This document shows, piece after piece, positions 55,308 through 64,000 of a stretch of DNA of 64,000 nucleotides; position 1 is the stretch's first letter; each line of letters starts with the position of its first letter. The stretch lies in contig JAZNND010000059.1 of NCBI GenBank assembly GCA_045580085.1, positions 2,782-66,781 on the forward strand, read 5' to 3'. The notes under the pieces are model-generated. The model was given only the letters and a program-made list of their open reading frames with translations. It ran no database searches and had not been told where the DNA came from. This DNA comes from Eubacteriales bacterium. Its GTDB lineage: Bacteria; Bacillota; Clostridia; Oscillospirales; CAG-272. A program made the translations under genes and the position numbers.

Positions 55308-56159
55308 TTACTTTTTCATTTTGGCGCGGTATTCGGATGGTGTCATGCCTGTTTCGGCGGAAAAAGCATGGTAAAAGGAGCCTCTGTCGGAAAAGCCGAC
55401 GCGATGCAAAATATTCTCCACGGACGTCTCCTCCTCGCGTAAAAGCGTCTTGGCATGCGCAATACGCCGCAGGCGGATGTATTCGGTGGGAGACAAGCCA
55501 AACTTCTTTTTGAACATGCGGCTGAAATAGGAGGGGTTATAAAAGCATTTGGATGCCAAAGCGGATAGCGTCAAGTCCTCCTCGGGGTGTTCATCGATAT
55601 ATGATTTGAGACTTTGCCAAATATCTTCAATGATGTTTTCTCCGCCCTCCTCTTCGCTCGCACGGCGCATTTTGGTCAGAAGAATATTAAGATAATGCTC
55701 TAAGACCGTGCCGGCGTCGCTCTTTTGGCTCTCGTATTCTTTTTGCATCGCCGCAAGAATAAATTCCACTTCTTTGCGTTCTTCGCCGTGAAAGGAAATT
55801 TTACCGCCGCCTTGCTCCTTGCGCATCTCGTTGAAGAGAGAAAGAGAAAGCAGAGATAACGCGTTTTGCTCGGTGATGACGCCTTCTTCGACCAGTATCG
55901 GTGAGAAAAAGATTTCCACATGGGTAAAACCCGATTCGGTTGTGAAGGCATGGGTGCTTCCGCAGTTGATAAAAACGGAGTCTCCGCGTTTTACGTGATA
56001 GCTCTGTCCGTCGATCGTCTCGATAGCTTCGCCTTCGGCGATATAGCAGATCTCAATAAAATCATGGTTGTGCAAAGCCTGATTGGGCTTGCCCACCATG
56101 CGATGCATGCCGATGGTTTTTCCTTTGCCGATGTAACAGTCCGAAGTGTATGTATGCAT
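55308..56159 (-). CDS. AraC family transcriptional regulator (cupin sensor + HTH)
   Basis: The N-terminal cupin has HNHDFIEICYI. The C-terminus has FSRMFKKKFGLSPTEYIR and GFSDRGSFYHAFSAETGMTPSEYR. Confidence 0.85.
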   Translation of the reverse strand: MHTYTSDCYIGKGKTIGMHRMVGKPNQALHNHDFIEICYIAEGEAIETIDGQSYHVKRGDSVFINCGSTHAFTTESGFTHVEIFFSPILVEEGVITEQNALSLLSLSLFNEMRKEQGGGKISFHGEERKEVEFILAAMQKEYESQKSDAGTVLEHYLNILLTKMRRASEEEGGENIIEDIWQSLKSYIDEHPEEDLTLSALASKCFYNPSYFSRMFKKKFGLSPTEYIRLRRIAHAKTLLREEETSVENILHRVGFSDRGSFYHAFSAETGMTPSEYRAKMKK

Positions 56160-56269
56160 GTTTTTTGTCTCCGTTCTTTTTCAAGAGGGCTTCTATCTCA
56201 TCATAGTTATATTATATCGTTTTTTCAGAGAAAATCAATCTTTTAATCATGAATTTTGTGTATGCTTAA

Positions 56270-56298
56270 TTGACTTTTTTTCCCTCGTGTGGTAGAAT
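56270..56298 (+). promoter_or_regulatory. Putative promoter of the PHP phosphatase-eutH pair
   Basis: TTGACT (56270-56275), 17-nt spacer, TGgTAGAAT (-10 at 56293-56298). Confidence 0.5.
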
Positions 56299-56327
56299 TG
56301 GATAAATAAGCAAGAGAGGACATCTTT

Positions 56328-57140
56328 ATGTATAAGCAGAATTTGCATATTCATACCACGTATGACGACGGCAAGGATACGCCCGAACAGATCATCGCCG
56401 CCGCTAGGGAGCAAGGCTTTGATTCCGTTGGCTTTTCCGTGCATTCATATATGCATTTCGCGCCCGAAAGATCGGTTTCGCTTGAAGGCTGTGAGCAATA
56501 TAAGGAGCATATTTTTCGGTTAAAAAAGGAGCACGCCTCTCATTTTCCCATCTTTTGCGGTATTGAGTTCGAGGTTTTGTCCGAAGTGGATCTTTCCGGA
56601 TATGACTATATTATTGCCTCCACGCATTATATGAAAATCGGGGATAAATTTGTGGGTTTTGACCGTTCCGCGGATGAGGTTGGACATGTGATTGATACCT
56701 ATTTCGGCGGAGACGGTATGGCGTACGCGCGCCGCTTTTACGAAGGTGTCGCCGACATTCCCAAGTATGGAAAATTCGATATTCTCGGGCATTTTGATAT
56801 CGTAACCAAGCATTCGGAAAAGAGAAACTTTTTCGATGCGGACAGCAAGGAGTATCGCCGCCTGGCAATCGAAGCGCTGGAATCTTTAAAAGGGAAGATC
56901 CCCTTTTTCGAGGTCAATACGGGTGCCATTGCGCGCACTTATCGAACCACTCCGTATCCCGCCCCCTTTTTAATCAAAGAAATGAAGCGCATGGGCTTTG
57001 GTGCGATGATCTCCTCTGATTGCCACGATCGCCGTTATCTCGATTGCGCTTACACGGACGCCGCAGAATTGCTTCGAGAGGGCGGATTCAAAGAGATCTA
57101 TATTTTGACAGAGAAAGGCTTTGTGCCCACGGCACTTTGA
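56328..57140 (+). CDS. Histidinol-phosphatase HisJ family (PHP) protein
   Basis: NLHIHTTYDDGKD, GFSVHS, STHY, LGHFD and SSDCH fit the HisJ-type PHP pattern. Confidence 0.75.
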   Translation: MYKQNLHIHTTYDDGKDTPEQIIAAAREQGFDSVGFSVHSYMHFAPERSVSLEGCEQYKEHIFRLKKEHASHFPIFCGIEFEVLSEVDLSGYDYIIASTHYMKIGDKFVGFDRSADEVGHVIDTYFGGDGMAYARRFYEGVADIPKYGKFDILGHFDIVTKHSEKRNFFDADSKEYRRLAIEALESLKGKIPFFEVNTGAIARTYRTTPYPAPFLIKEMKRMGFGAMISSDCHDRRYLDCAYTDAAELLREGGFKEIYILTEKGFVPTAL

Positions 57141-57148
57141 AAGAAATC

Positions 57149-58240
57149 ATGAATTTTGTTTCGCTCTTTATGCTTGTTTTCGCCATTCTCGGCGGCCTCG
57201 ACCGTATCTTTGGCAACCGTTTGGGGCTTGGCAAACAGTTCGAACGCGGTTTTATGCTGTTTGGCACCATGGCACTTTCCATGATCGGTATGATCATTCT
57301 TTCGCCTGCCATTGCCGATTTGCTCTCTCCCGCACTTTCTTTTTTCTCAAATACGCTTCATATTGAGCCATCTATCATTCCCGCCACTTTCTTTGCCAAT
57401 GATATGGGCGGAGCTCCGCTTGCCGAAAGCCTTTCGGTGAATAAAGAGCTTGGTATGTTCAACGCCCTTGTCGTTTCTTCCATGATGGGTGCTACCATAT
57501 CGTTTACATTGCCTTTCGCGCTTGGTGCCGTATCGTCCGATCGATATCGGCATGTTCTTCTCGGCTTTCTTTACGGTATCGTTACCATTCCGATCGGTTG
57601 CTTTGCGGCAGGCTTGGTGTGCGGATTGTCCGTTGGCGTTCTTTTGCTTGATCTTTTGCCCTTGATCCTCTTTTCTGCGGTGATCTCGGTCGGGCTCGTG
57701 TTCCGTCCAAATCTTTGCGTTAAAATTTTCAACATACTCGGCATCGGAATCAAAGTGCTTATTACACTGGGGCTTTTGCTTGGTATCGTTCGCTTTTTAA
57801 CCGGATTTTCACCGATCTCGGGGCTGGCACCCTTGGAAGAAGGTGCTGCTGTTTGCCTCAACGCGAGTGTGGTCATGTCGGGCGCATTTCCTTTTCTCTA
57901 CATCCTTTCCAAGCTTTTGTCCAAGCCAATGCGAAAGCTTGGGGAGAAGCTTTCGGTCAATGAGACTTCCGCGCTCGGTTTTGTTTCCACCCTTGCCACC
58001 AATGTCACTACCTTCGAGATGATGAATGAAATGGACGAAAAAGGAACGGTGCTCAACGCCGCTTTCGCAGTCTCTGCCGCCTTCACCTTTGCAGGGCATC
58101 TTGCTTTTACCCTCGCGTATGACGCTTCTTATATCTTTCCCATGATTCTCGGTAAGCTTGTCGCCGGTGTTTCGGCGCTCATTCTTGCTGTGTTTTTGGA
58201 AAAAAAGAAAAGCGTGAAAGCAGAAAAAACACCCTCTTAA
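57149..58240 (+). CDS. eutH: EutH family (ethanolamine utilisation protein H-like) permease
   Basis: ORF trimmed to ATG 57149. MNFVSLFMLVFAILGGLDRIFGNRLGLGKQFERGF resembles the EutH N-terminus. The protein is polytopic. Confidence 0.75.
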   Translation: MNFVSLFMLVFAILGGLDRIFGNRLGLGKQFERGFMLFGTMALSMIGMIILSPAIADLLSPALSFFSNTLHIEPSIIPATFFANDMGGAPLAESLSVNKELGMFNALVVSSMMGATISFTLPFALGAVSSDRYRHVLLGFLYGIVTIPIGCFAAGLVCGLSVGVLLLDLLPLILFSAVISVGLVFRPNLCVKIFNILGIGIKVLITLGLLLGIVRFLTGFSPISGLAPLEEGAAVCLNASVVMSGAFPFLYILSKLLSKPMRKLGEKLSVNETSALGFVSTLATNVTTFEMMNEMDEKGTVLNAAFAVSAAFTFAGHLAFTLAYDASYIFPMILGKLVAGVSALILAVFLEKKKSVKAEKTPS

Positions 58241-58292
58241 TGTTTGGAACGAATATTTTGAATATGCTACGTCTTTGGCGGCGTAAAAACAT

Positions 58293-58325
58293 CGGGGCCG
58301 GCTCATTAAGAGCTAGGCCCCGTTT
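58293..58325. terminator. Hairpin between convergent eutH and yfcC-like genes
   Basis: CGGGGCC pairs with GGCCCCG, with an inner GCTC/GAGC pair, followed by TTT. Confidence 0.45.
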
Positions 58326-58386
58326 AGTATTAAGATCTTCAATTACTGCCATAATGGCGTTTAAAGTCTTTTGTTTCTTCTCGTCC

Positions 58387-59793
58387 TCAATAACCCACTG
58401 CGAATCCAAACAAAAGAATCAAACAAGTAAGACACAGATTCAATGCTTGGAATTTCCAACTCCACTTAAACCAAGTGCTGTAGCCTGTGTCTGCCAGTCC
58501 CAAGCTGATCAAAAGCGCGGGATTGGTCGGGTAAAATACGTTGGAAAAACCGTCGCCAAAGGCAAATGCCACAATACAAAGCTGTGTGGAAATGCCGAAG
58601 ATCTGCGCGATGGGAACAATGAGGGGGATCAGCATAAATGCTTTTGCCGATCCGGAGGGAATGAAAAAATTGGCAATTAAAACGATCAAATAGAGAAACA
58701 AAATAACCGTGAATTTCGGCAAATGGGCAGTGAGACCAACCGCGCCGTGCAAAACGGTATCTAACGTGTGTGCCTCTTCCAGCGTGTATTTGATGGAGGA
58801 TGCCATCAAAATCATCAGCACCGCAGGCAAAACGCTCAGCATGCCGGAAAGGGAAGTGGAACCGAGATTCTTTAAAGACATGCCGGAAACTAGTGTCGAA
58901 ACGATGCCCGCAATCAGAAACATCACCGCAACGATGATCATGGTGTAATCCTGCAAAACGGGGAAAAAGGGAGAGGTAAGAATGGCAATGATCCCTGCGC
59001 CGACAATCACAGCAAAGCAAACAAGCGCACGGTTCATTTTTTCGTTTTGCACGAAACCGGATGCGTCCGAACTCTCTTCCACCGGTTTTTCAATCTTTTT
59101 GGCATATAAGAAAGTAAATAGCAGAAGTAATGCGTAGATCAAGAAAAAGGAAAGCAATCTTAACCAAATGCCCGAGAACATGGGAAGCCCCGCAAGTTGT
59201 TGTGCCACACCTACCGTAAAAGGATTACAAACCCCTGCCGCAAAGCCGCAACCAACCGCAAGAAGGCTCATGCCGATGCCGGTCAAAGCATCCCATCCAA
59301 GGCGGATTGCGAGTGCGACAACGATGGGAACCAAAGGCACGCATTCTTCAAAGGATCCGATCAGGGAACCGAGTGTCATGAAGAATAAGATCAAAAGCGC
59401 CATCAAGCGATAGCGCGTCGCACCGAAACGATGGGTGATCTTGTCTAACATATATTTGATCAGTCCGCATTTGTCAAGACTGTTGAAAACGCCGCCGATC
59501 ACAAGCAAAAAAGCAATGACAGCGATCAAAGCTCCGCTGCCCGAGGCACCGAGCACCAAAATCGGAGAGAGAAGCCATTTCCAAAACGGAATGCCGCCCT
59601 CGATATAGGAAAAGCCGCCTTCGGTGTCTACGATCATATTGCCGTCTGCGTCTTCGATGCGTTCATATGCGCCGCCGGGGATAAAAACGGTCATAAGATA
59701 TGTGGCAACCATCAATATGAAAATAACGATAATCGCTGTGATAAAGGATTTTATGCCGATATTAGAACTTGTTTTGGAAGAGCTGTTTTGCAT
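58387..59793 (-). CDS. YfcC family (DcuC-type anaerobic carrier superfamily) membrane transporter
   Basis: 468 aa, polytopic. The N-terminus with SFITAIIVIFILMVATYLMTVFIPGGAYER is typical of YfcC. Confidence 0.75.
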   Translation of the reverse strand: MQNSSSKTSSNIGIKSFITAIIVIFILMVATYLMTVFIPGGAYERIEDADGNMIVDTEGGFSYIEGGIPFWKWLLSPILVLGASGSGALIAVIAFLLVIGGVFNSLDKCGLIKYMLDKITHRFGATRYRLMALLILFFMTLGSLIGSFEECVPLVPIVVALAIRLGWDALTGIGMSLLAVGCGFAAGVCNPFTVGVAQQLAGLPMFSGIWLRLLSFFLIYALLLLFTFLYAKKIEKPVEESSDASGFVQNEKMNRALVCFAVIVGAGIIAILTSPFFPVLQDYTMIIVAVMFLIAGIVSTLVSGMSLKNLGSTSLSGMLSVLPAVLMILMASSIKYTLEEAHTLDTVLHGAVGLTAHLPKFTVILFLYLIVLIANFFIPSGSAKAFMLIPLIVPIAQIFGISTQLCIVAFAFGDGFSNVFYPTNPALLISLGLADTGYSTWFKWSWKFQALNLCLTCLILLFGFAVGY

Positions 59794-59925
59794 GGATGTC
59801 GATTCCTTTCCGAATGTCTTGTTCTTAATTTTTCGATATGCCTTATCAACAAAATAATTATACCGAAAAAAAGTGAAAAAGTCAATCTTTTTTTGATATA
59901 CCGCATCCTCAAACAGCTGTGGAGA

Positions 59926-60519
59926 TCATTCGTTTTTGATGTTGCCTTTTTTCACGTTTTCGCAGATGAGCTCTTGGGTGTATTCCCAAATTTCTTTGGA
60001 GCCGAGAGCCGTGTTTTTTTGCCTTTTGATAACCTTTGATTTCTCAACCTGATGTTCGCGCCAATCTGCGCCGCCGTTGGAGTGGTTGAGTAAAAGGGGT
60101 TGAAAATTGTCCATCGCTTTGGCAAAGCGAGCTTCCGGCGATTCGCAGGCCTCAAATTCTTCAAACAGTGCCCGAAGCTCGTCGCGTTGATCGTGAGGAA
60201 GAATGCCGAAGATGCGATCTGCGGCAAGCTTTTCCCGTTCTTTTTGGGTTTCCAGTCCCTTCGCGTCATACGCATAGGTATCGCCCGCGTCGATCTCAAC
60301 GATGTCATGAATGAGAGCCATCATCATAGCCTTGGCAATATCGATTTTTTCGTTGGCATACTCCTTTAAAAGATAGATCATCATTGCCATATGCCAAGCG
60401 TGCTCTGCGTCATTTTCACGCCTGCCGTGACCGCTTAAATGCGTTTGGCGAAGAATGTTTTTTTCCTTGTCCGATTCCAGAATAAAAGCCAGTTGCTTTT
60501 CAAATCTTTCTTTGTTCAC
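59926..60519 (-). CDS. HD-domain hydrolase (YfbR/COG1896-like)
   Basis: ENDAEHAWHMAMM and ALIHDIVEIDAGD supply the H..HD..D motifs. Confidence 0.75.
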   Translation of the reverse strand: MNKERFEKQLAFILESDKEKNILRQTHLSGHGRRENDAEHAWHMAMMIYLLKEYANEKIDIAKAMMMALIHDIVEIDAGDTYAYDAKGLETQKEREKLAADRIFGILPHDQRDELRALFEEFEACESPEARFAKAMDNFQPLLLNHSNGGADWREHQVEKSKVIKRQKNTALGSKEIWEYTQELICENVKKGNIKNE

Positions 60520-60534
60520 TTAAGATATCCTCTG

Positions 60535-61047
60535 TCATATTTCGGGAACGATATAGTCCTTGTCGCGCAGTGTTTCTTCGATCCGATTGAGAATTTCCTC
60601 GTTTTCGGCTCGAACGGTGTGATAGTGATAGCCACCGGTTATATGCATAAGCTCGGTGGACTGCCCGGTTCTTACCCCCTCCAAGAACTGCTTAATATGC
60701 ATTTGAGAAAAAATGTTAAGGGCGGCTTCTATTTTGCCGTACACCTTATGCCATACGAATACGTCAACCACCGTACCGCCGAGGTTTACAATGCAAGAGA
60801 GCTCATCTTCTGTCTGTTCGGTTGTATGACGCACTTTAAAAACTCTTTCCGAAAGAGGAGATTTCTGCATAACATAACCTTGGCTTGTGGAAAGTATTTC
60901 ATATCCCGAACCTTTCAAAACCGTAATATCTTGCACAATAATCTGACGTGAAATATCGAACATGCGAGCAAGCTCGCCACCTGCAATCGGTTCTTTGGCG
61001 GAAAGGAGAAGATTGACGATCGCTTTTCTTCTTTCGGCTACCTTCAT
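60535..61047 (-). CDS. niaR: NAD biosynthesis repressor NiaR (HTH + 3H domain)
   Basis: GGELARMFDISRQIIVQDITVLKGSGYEILSTSQGY is collinear with B. subtilis YrxA/NiaR. The gene follows nadC. Confidence 0.85.
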   Translation of the reverse strand: MKVAERRKAIVNLLLSAKEPIAGGELARMFDISRQIIVQDITVLKGSGYEILSTSQGYVMQKSPLSERVFKVRHTTEQTEDELSCIVNLGGTVVDVFVWHKVYGKIEAALNIFSQMHIKQFLEGVRTGQSTELMHITGGYHYHTVRAENEEILNRIEETLRDKDYIVPEI

Positions 61048-61056
61048 AATGCCTCC

Positions 61057-61908
61057 TTATACTGCGTGAAGATTTTTCAATGAGAGATCAAGAATAGGGG
61101 AAGAATGTGTCAAAGCACCGCTTGAAATGTAGTCCACGCCGATATCGATGAGTCTCGCTACGTTTTCCTTGGTGACATTGCCGCTGCATTCCGTTTCGGC
61201 TTTTCCGCGGCAAAGCGCAACGGCGGTTTTCATGTCCTCAACACTCATGTTGTCAAGCATGATGATATCTGCTCCCGCCTCAAGGGCTTCTTTCAGCATA
61301 TCAATGCTTTCCACCTCGATTTCGATTTTGCGGACAAAAGGAGCGTATTCTTTTGCCATTTTAACTGCTTCTTTGACACCGCCTGCGGCACCGATGTGGT
61401 TGTCTTTCAAAAGAATACCGTCGCTGAGGTTGTATCTGTGATTGTAGCCGCCGCCTACCTTGACGGCGTATTTTTCAAAAATACGCATATTGGGCGTGGT
61501 TTTTCTTGTGTCAAGAAGCTTTGTTTGGGTTCCTTTTAAGAGATCAGCGATCGCTTTTGTATAAGTTGCAATACCACTCATTCTTTGCAAATAATTGAGT
61601 GCCGTCCGTTCGCCGGAAAGCAGCACACGGATGTCGCCGCGTACATGACCGATCTTCTCGCCTTTTTTAACAATGTCACCGTCCTTGCAGTAAAAGACCG
61701 TTTCGGTCGTTTCGTCAAGAAGCTCAAATACTCTTTTGAAAACAGCCAACCCCGCAATGACACCGTCTTGCTTGCAAATAAGATCAACCTCTCCGGCTTG
61801 GTAGTGAGGCATAACGGAATTGGTGGTAATGTCTTCACTTGTGATGTCCTCTTTCAGTGCTTGCAAAATCAGATCGTCGGCGTTCATTTTCATGGTGATA
61901 TTATTCAT
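61057..61908 (-). CDS. nadC: Nicotinate-nucleotide pyrophosphorylase (carboxylating)
   Basis: GERTALNYLQRMSGIAT, TRKTTPNMR, KDNHI and IMLDNM motifs are present. Confidence 0.93.
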   Translation of the reverse strand: MNNITMKMNADDLILQALKEDITSEDITTNSVMPHYQAGEVDLICKQDGVIAGLAVFKRVFELLDETTETVFYCKDGDIVKKGEKIGHVRGDIRVLLSGERTALNYLQRMSGIATYTKAIADLLKGTQTKLLDTRKTTPNMRIFEKYAVKVGGGYNHRYNLSDGILLKDNHIGAAGGVKEAVKMAKEYAPFVRKIEIEVESIDMLKEALEAGADIIMLDNMSVEDMKTAVALCRGKAETECSGNVTKENVARLIDIGVDYISSGALTHSSPILDLSLKNLHAV

Positions 61909-63175
61909 GGCTTAATCTCTCCTTTTCAATGGCAGCAAGAACGGCTGCTTTATATTCTTCTTTGTAATTTTTGTATTTGGTTTCGTCTATTGTAATTCTC
62001 ACATCGCATGTCGGTGCATGGTATTCTTCAATTATGTGGCGTGCGGCTCTTTTGGCGAACACAAGACTTTCCAAAAGAGAATTGCTTGCCAGACGGTTTT
62101 TACCGTGAACGCCGTTGCAAGCGGTTTCCCCTGCCGCATACAGTCGCTCCATCGAGGTTTTGCTGTATCTGTCCACAGCAATGCCGCCCATAAAGTAATG
62201 CTGTGAAGGAACAACGGGGATCGGTTCCTTCGTTACGTCATATCCCTCATCCAAACAGTGCTGATAGATGTTGGGAAAGTGGGTTTTGATTTCTTCTTCG
62301 CGAATCGGTAACATGGAGAGCCAAACATGCTTGCTTCCTTCTTTTTTCATTTCCGCAAAGATGGCGTTTGCCACCACATCCCGAGGCAACAGCTCGTTGA
62401 TAAAACGCTCACCTTTCGCATTTAAAAGGATCGCGCCCTCTCCTCGAACCGATTCGGAGATCAAAAACTCTCTGCCCTCTTTTTCGGTGTAAAGTGTGGT
62501 AGGATGAATTTGAATATAATCGATATGCTGAAGTTTAATGCCGTATTTTAAGGCAAGAGCGATCGCATCTCCCGTGAGGTGCTTATAGTTTGTTGAGTGC
62601 TCAAAGATGCCTCCGATGCCTCCCGTTGCCAAAACGGTGTAGTCTGCACAGATCGCGGAATAGATGCCGTTTTCATCGTGACCGATGATGCCGCGGCATT
62701 CTTCGTTTTGGCAAATTAAGTCAACCATCGTATAGTTTTCAATGATGGTAATGTTTTCTCTGCTCCTTGCCGTTTCAAGAAGGTGGGAGGTGATTTCCTT
62801 TCCCGTTTCATCCTCGTGAAAAAGGATACGAGGATGGGAATGCGCCCCTTCTCTTGTGTATGTAAATTCTTCTCCGTTTTTCTCAAAACGAACACCAAAG
62901 GCGATAAGGTCGGAAATGACCTCTTGAGAAGAATGAATCATGATATGAACGGAATCGGGGTTGTTTTCGTAATGCCCCGCCTTCATCGTATCCTCATAAA
63001 AGGAATCGTAATCTTCCTCATCGCGTAAAACGCAAATGCCTCCTTGGGCAAGATAAGAGTCGCTTCTTCGCGCCTTGTTCTTGGATACAACAATGATACT
63101 TTTGTCTTTGGGGAGGTTCAAAGCACAGTAAAGACCGGCAACGCCGCTTCCCACAATTAAAATATCCGTTTTCAT
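61901..63175 (-). CDS. nadB: L-aspartate oxidase (short form)
   Basis: Start trimmed to ATG 63175 (GAGGTGA upstream). MKTDILIVGSGVAGL is the FAD fold; HPTT and ETACNGVHGKNRLASNSLLE are also present. Confidence 0.92.
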   Translation of the reverse strand: MKTDILIVGSGVAGLYCALNLPKDKSIIVVSKNKARRSDSYLAQGGICVLRDEEDYDSFYEDTMKAGHYENNPDSVHIMIHSSQEVISDLIAFGVRFEKNGEEFTYTREGAHSHPRILFHEDETGKEITSHLLETARSRENITIIENYTMVDLICQNEECRGIIGHDENGIYSAICADYTVLATGGIGGIFEHSTNYKHLTGDAIALALKYGIKLQHIDYIQIHPTTLYTEKEGREFLISESVRGEGAILLNAKGERFINELLPRDVVANAIFAEMKKEGSKHVWLSMLPIREEEIKTHFPNIYQHCLDEGYDVTKEPIPVVPSQHYFMGGIAVDRYSKTSMERLYAAGETACNGVHGKNRLASNSLLESLVFAKRAARHIIEEYHAPTCDVRITIDETKYKNYKEEYKAAVLAAIEKERLSHE

Positions 63176-63179
63176 TCTG

Positions 63180-64000
63180 TCACCTCGCAAGCTCCAACAT
63201 TTTTTCTAACGGAGCTAATGCCGCCTTTCTTTGCTCATCGCTTACCGAAAGCTCGTTTTCCTCTGTTTTTAAAACGTGAAGAAGCTTTTCGAGTGTATTG
63301 AGCTTCATATCCGTACAGCAAGGACGTGTTTTCGGAAAATAAAACTTTTTCTCGGGGTTGTCGACCATAAGTCGGTACGCAACACCGTCCTCGGTGCAAA
63401 CGATAAATTCTTCGCACCGGCTTTCTTTTGCATAGCGAATCATGTCCGCCGTGCTTCCGATATAATCGGAAAGTGTCAAGATTTCCGATTCGCATTCGGG
63501 ATGCGCAAGCACGAGAGCGTTCGGATGGTTTTGCTTTTCGCACATGACTTCCTTTGCGGTAATTGCCGCATGGATAGGGCAGTACCCATCGTTTAAAATA
63601 ATATTTTTCTCGGGAACGCTTTTTGCCACAAAGCTGCCGAGATTTTTGTCCGGAATGAAAAATATATTTTTGTTGGGCAAGGACTTGACAATGGAAATGG
63701 CGTTGGAGGATGTTACACAAACATCACTTTGGGCTTTGAGTTCAGCGGTAGAATTGATGTAACATACAACGGCAAGGTCTTCGTATTCGGCTCTCATTTT
63801 TGCGATCTTTCCCATAGCAACCATGTGTGCCATCGGGCAGTCAGCCGCAAGGTCGGGCATCAGCACCTTTTTGTCGGGGTTCAGAATCTTCGCACTTTCT
63901 CCCATAAAATAGACACCGCAAAAAACAATGATGTCGGCTTGGCTTTTCTTGGCAATCTTGGCGAGATAAAAGGAATCCCCTACATAATCGGCAATGCTTT
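63180..64000 (-). CDS. nadA: Quinolinate synthase, N-terminus beyond the window end
   Basis: The reading frame stays open upstream of the listed Met (..IADYVGDSFYLAKIAKKSQADIIVFCGVYFMGESAKILNP). CPMAHM, VCYINS and GYCPIH are the Fe-S/active-site motifs. Confidence 0.92.
   Translation of the reverse strand, partial: SIADYVGDSFYLAKIAKKSQADIIVFCGVYFMGESAKILNPDKKVLMPDLAADCPMAHMVAMGKIAKMRAEYEDLAVVCYINSTAELKAQSDVCVTSSNAISIVKSLPNKNIFFIPDKNLGSFVAKSVPEKNIILNDGYCPIHAAITAKEVMCEKQNHPNALVLAHPECESEILTLSDYIGSTADMIRYAKESRCEEFIVCTEDGVAYRLMVDNPEKKFYFPKTRPCCTDMKLNTLEKLLHVLKTEENELSVSDEQRKAALAPLEKMLELAR

Noticed and set aside
58179-58409. 76-aa minus-strand ORF spanning the eutH/yfcC convergent gap
   Set aside because: It overlaps the 3' ends of both flanking genes and the terminator hairpin. 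It has no RBS or motif.
1-64000. Search for rRNA, tRNA, CRISPR arrays, transposases, integrases and prophage genes
   Set aside because: No cloverleaf-like or rRNA-like conserved stretches were seen. No regularly spaced direct repeats were seen. No DDE/tyrosine/serine recombinase-like ORFs were noticed in any intergenic or coding region I read. This absence is by-eye only and should be confirmed with tRNAscan-SE, Infernal, CRISPR finders and ISfinder.

Overview
By-eye annotation only; no searches or computations were run. The window looks like a Firmicutes/Clostridia-type chromosomal segment. Supporting signs are the rimP-nusA-ylxR-ylxQ-infB and ecfA1-ecfA2-ecfT-truA synteny, many extended -10 (TGnTAnAAT) promoters, and GC near 50 percent by eye. 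I support about 49 protein genes. They include deoxy-sugar catabolism (fucI, partial and absent from the ORF track; rhaB, rhaA, PMI). Two secreted LamG-module proteins (2343 aa and 1004 aa) and a GH38 enzyme flank the nusA-infB operon. Other genes are MATE, ruvC, an ECF transporter module, truA, a class A PBP, cell-envelope polysaccharide genes, gap, yloV, pflB-pflA, uxaC plus an SDR, an ADP-ribosylglycohydrolase between two AraC regulators, a PHP phosphatase plus eutH, a YfcC carrier, and nadA-nadB-nadC-niaR. No rRNA, tRNA, CRISPR, transposase or integrase was recognised. The best candidate for an undescribed system lies at 40335-42772. It encodes a TIR-domain protein with the catalytic-type Glu intact, fused to a degenerate GNAT-like module. 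That gene overlaps a canonical GNAT gene by 14 nt and is followed by an orphan 6-TM protein. None of the partner domains of known TIR defence systems is present. The other main result is a probable ZTP (pfl-motif) riboswitch with a terminator in the pflB leader. I also report a leader terminator ahead of rimP-nusA, a recurrent GGGGCTG..CAGCCCC hairpin family, operator-like palindromes, and a possible frameshifted gene relic upstream of uxaC. The very long antisense ORFs in the track are codon-aligned shadows of real genes and are rejected.
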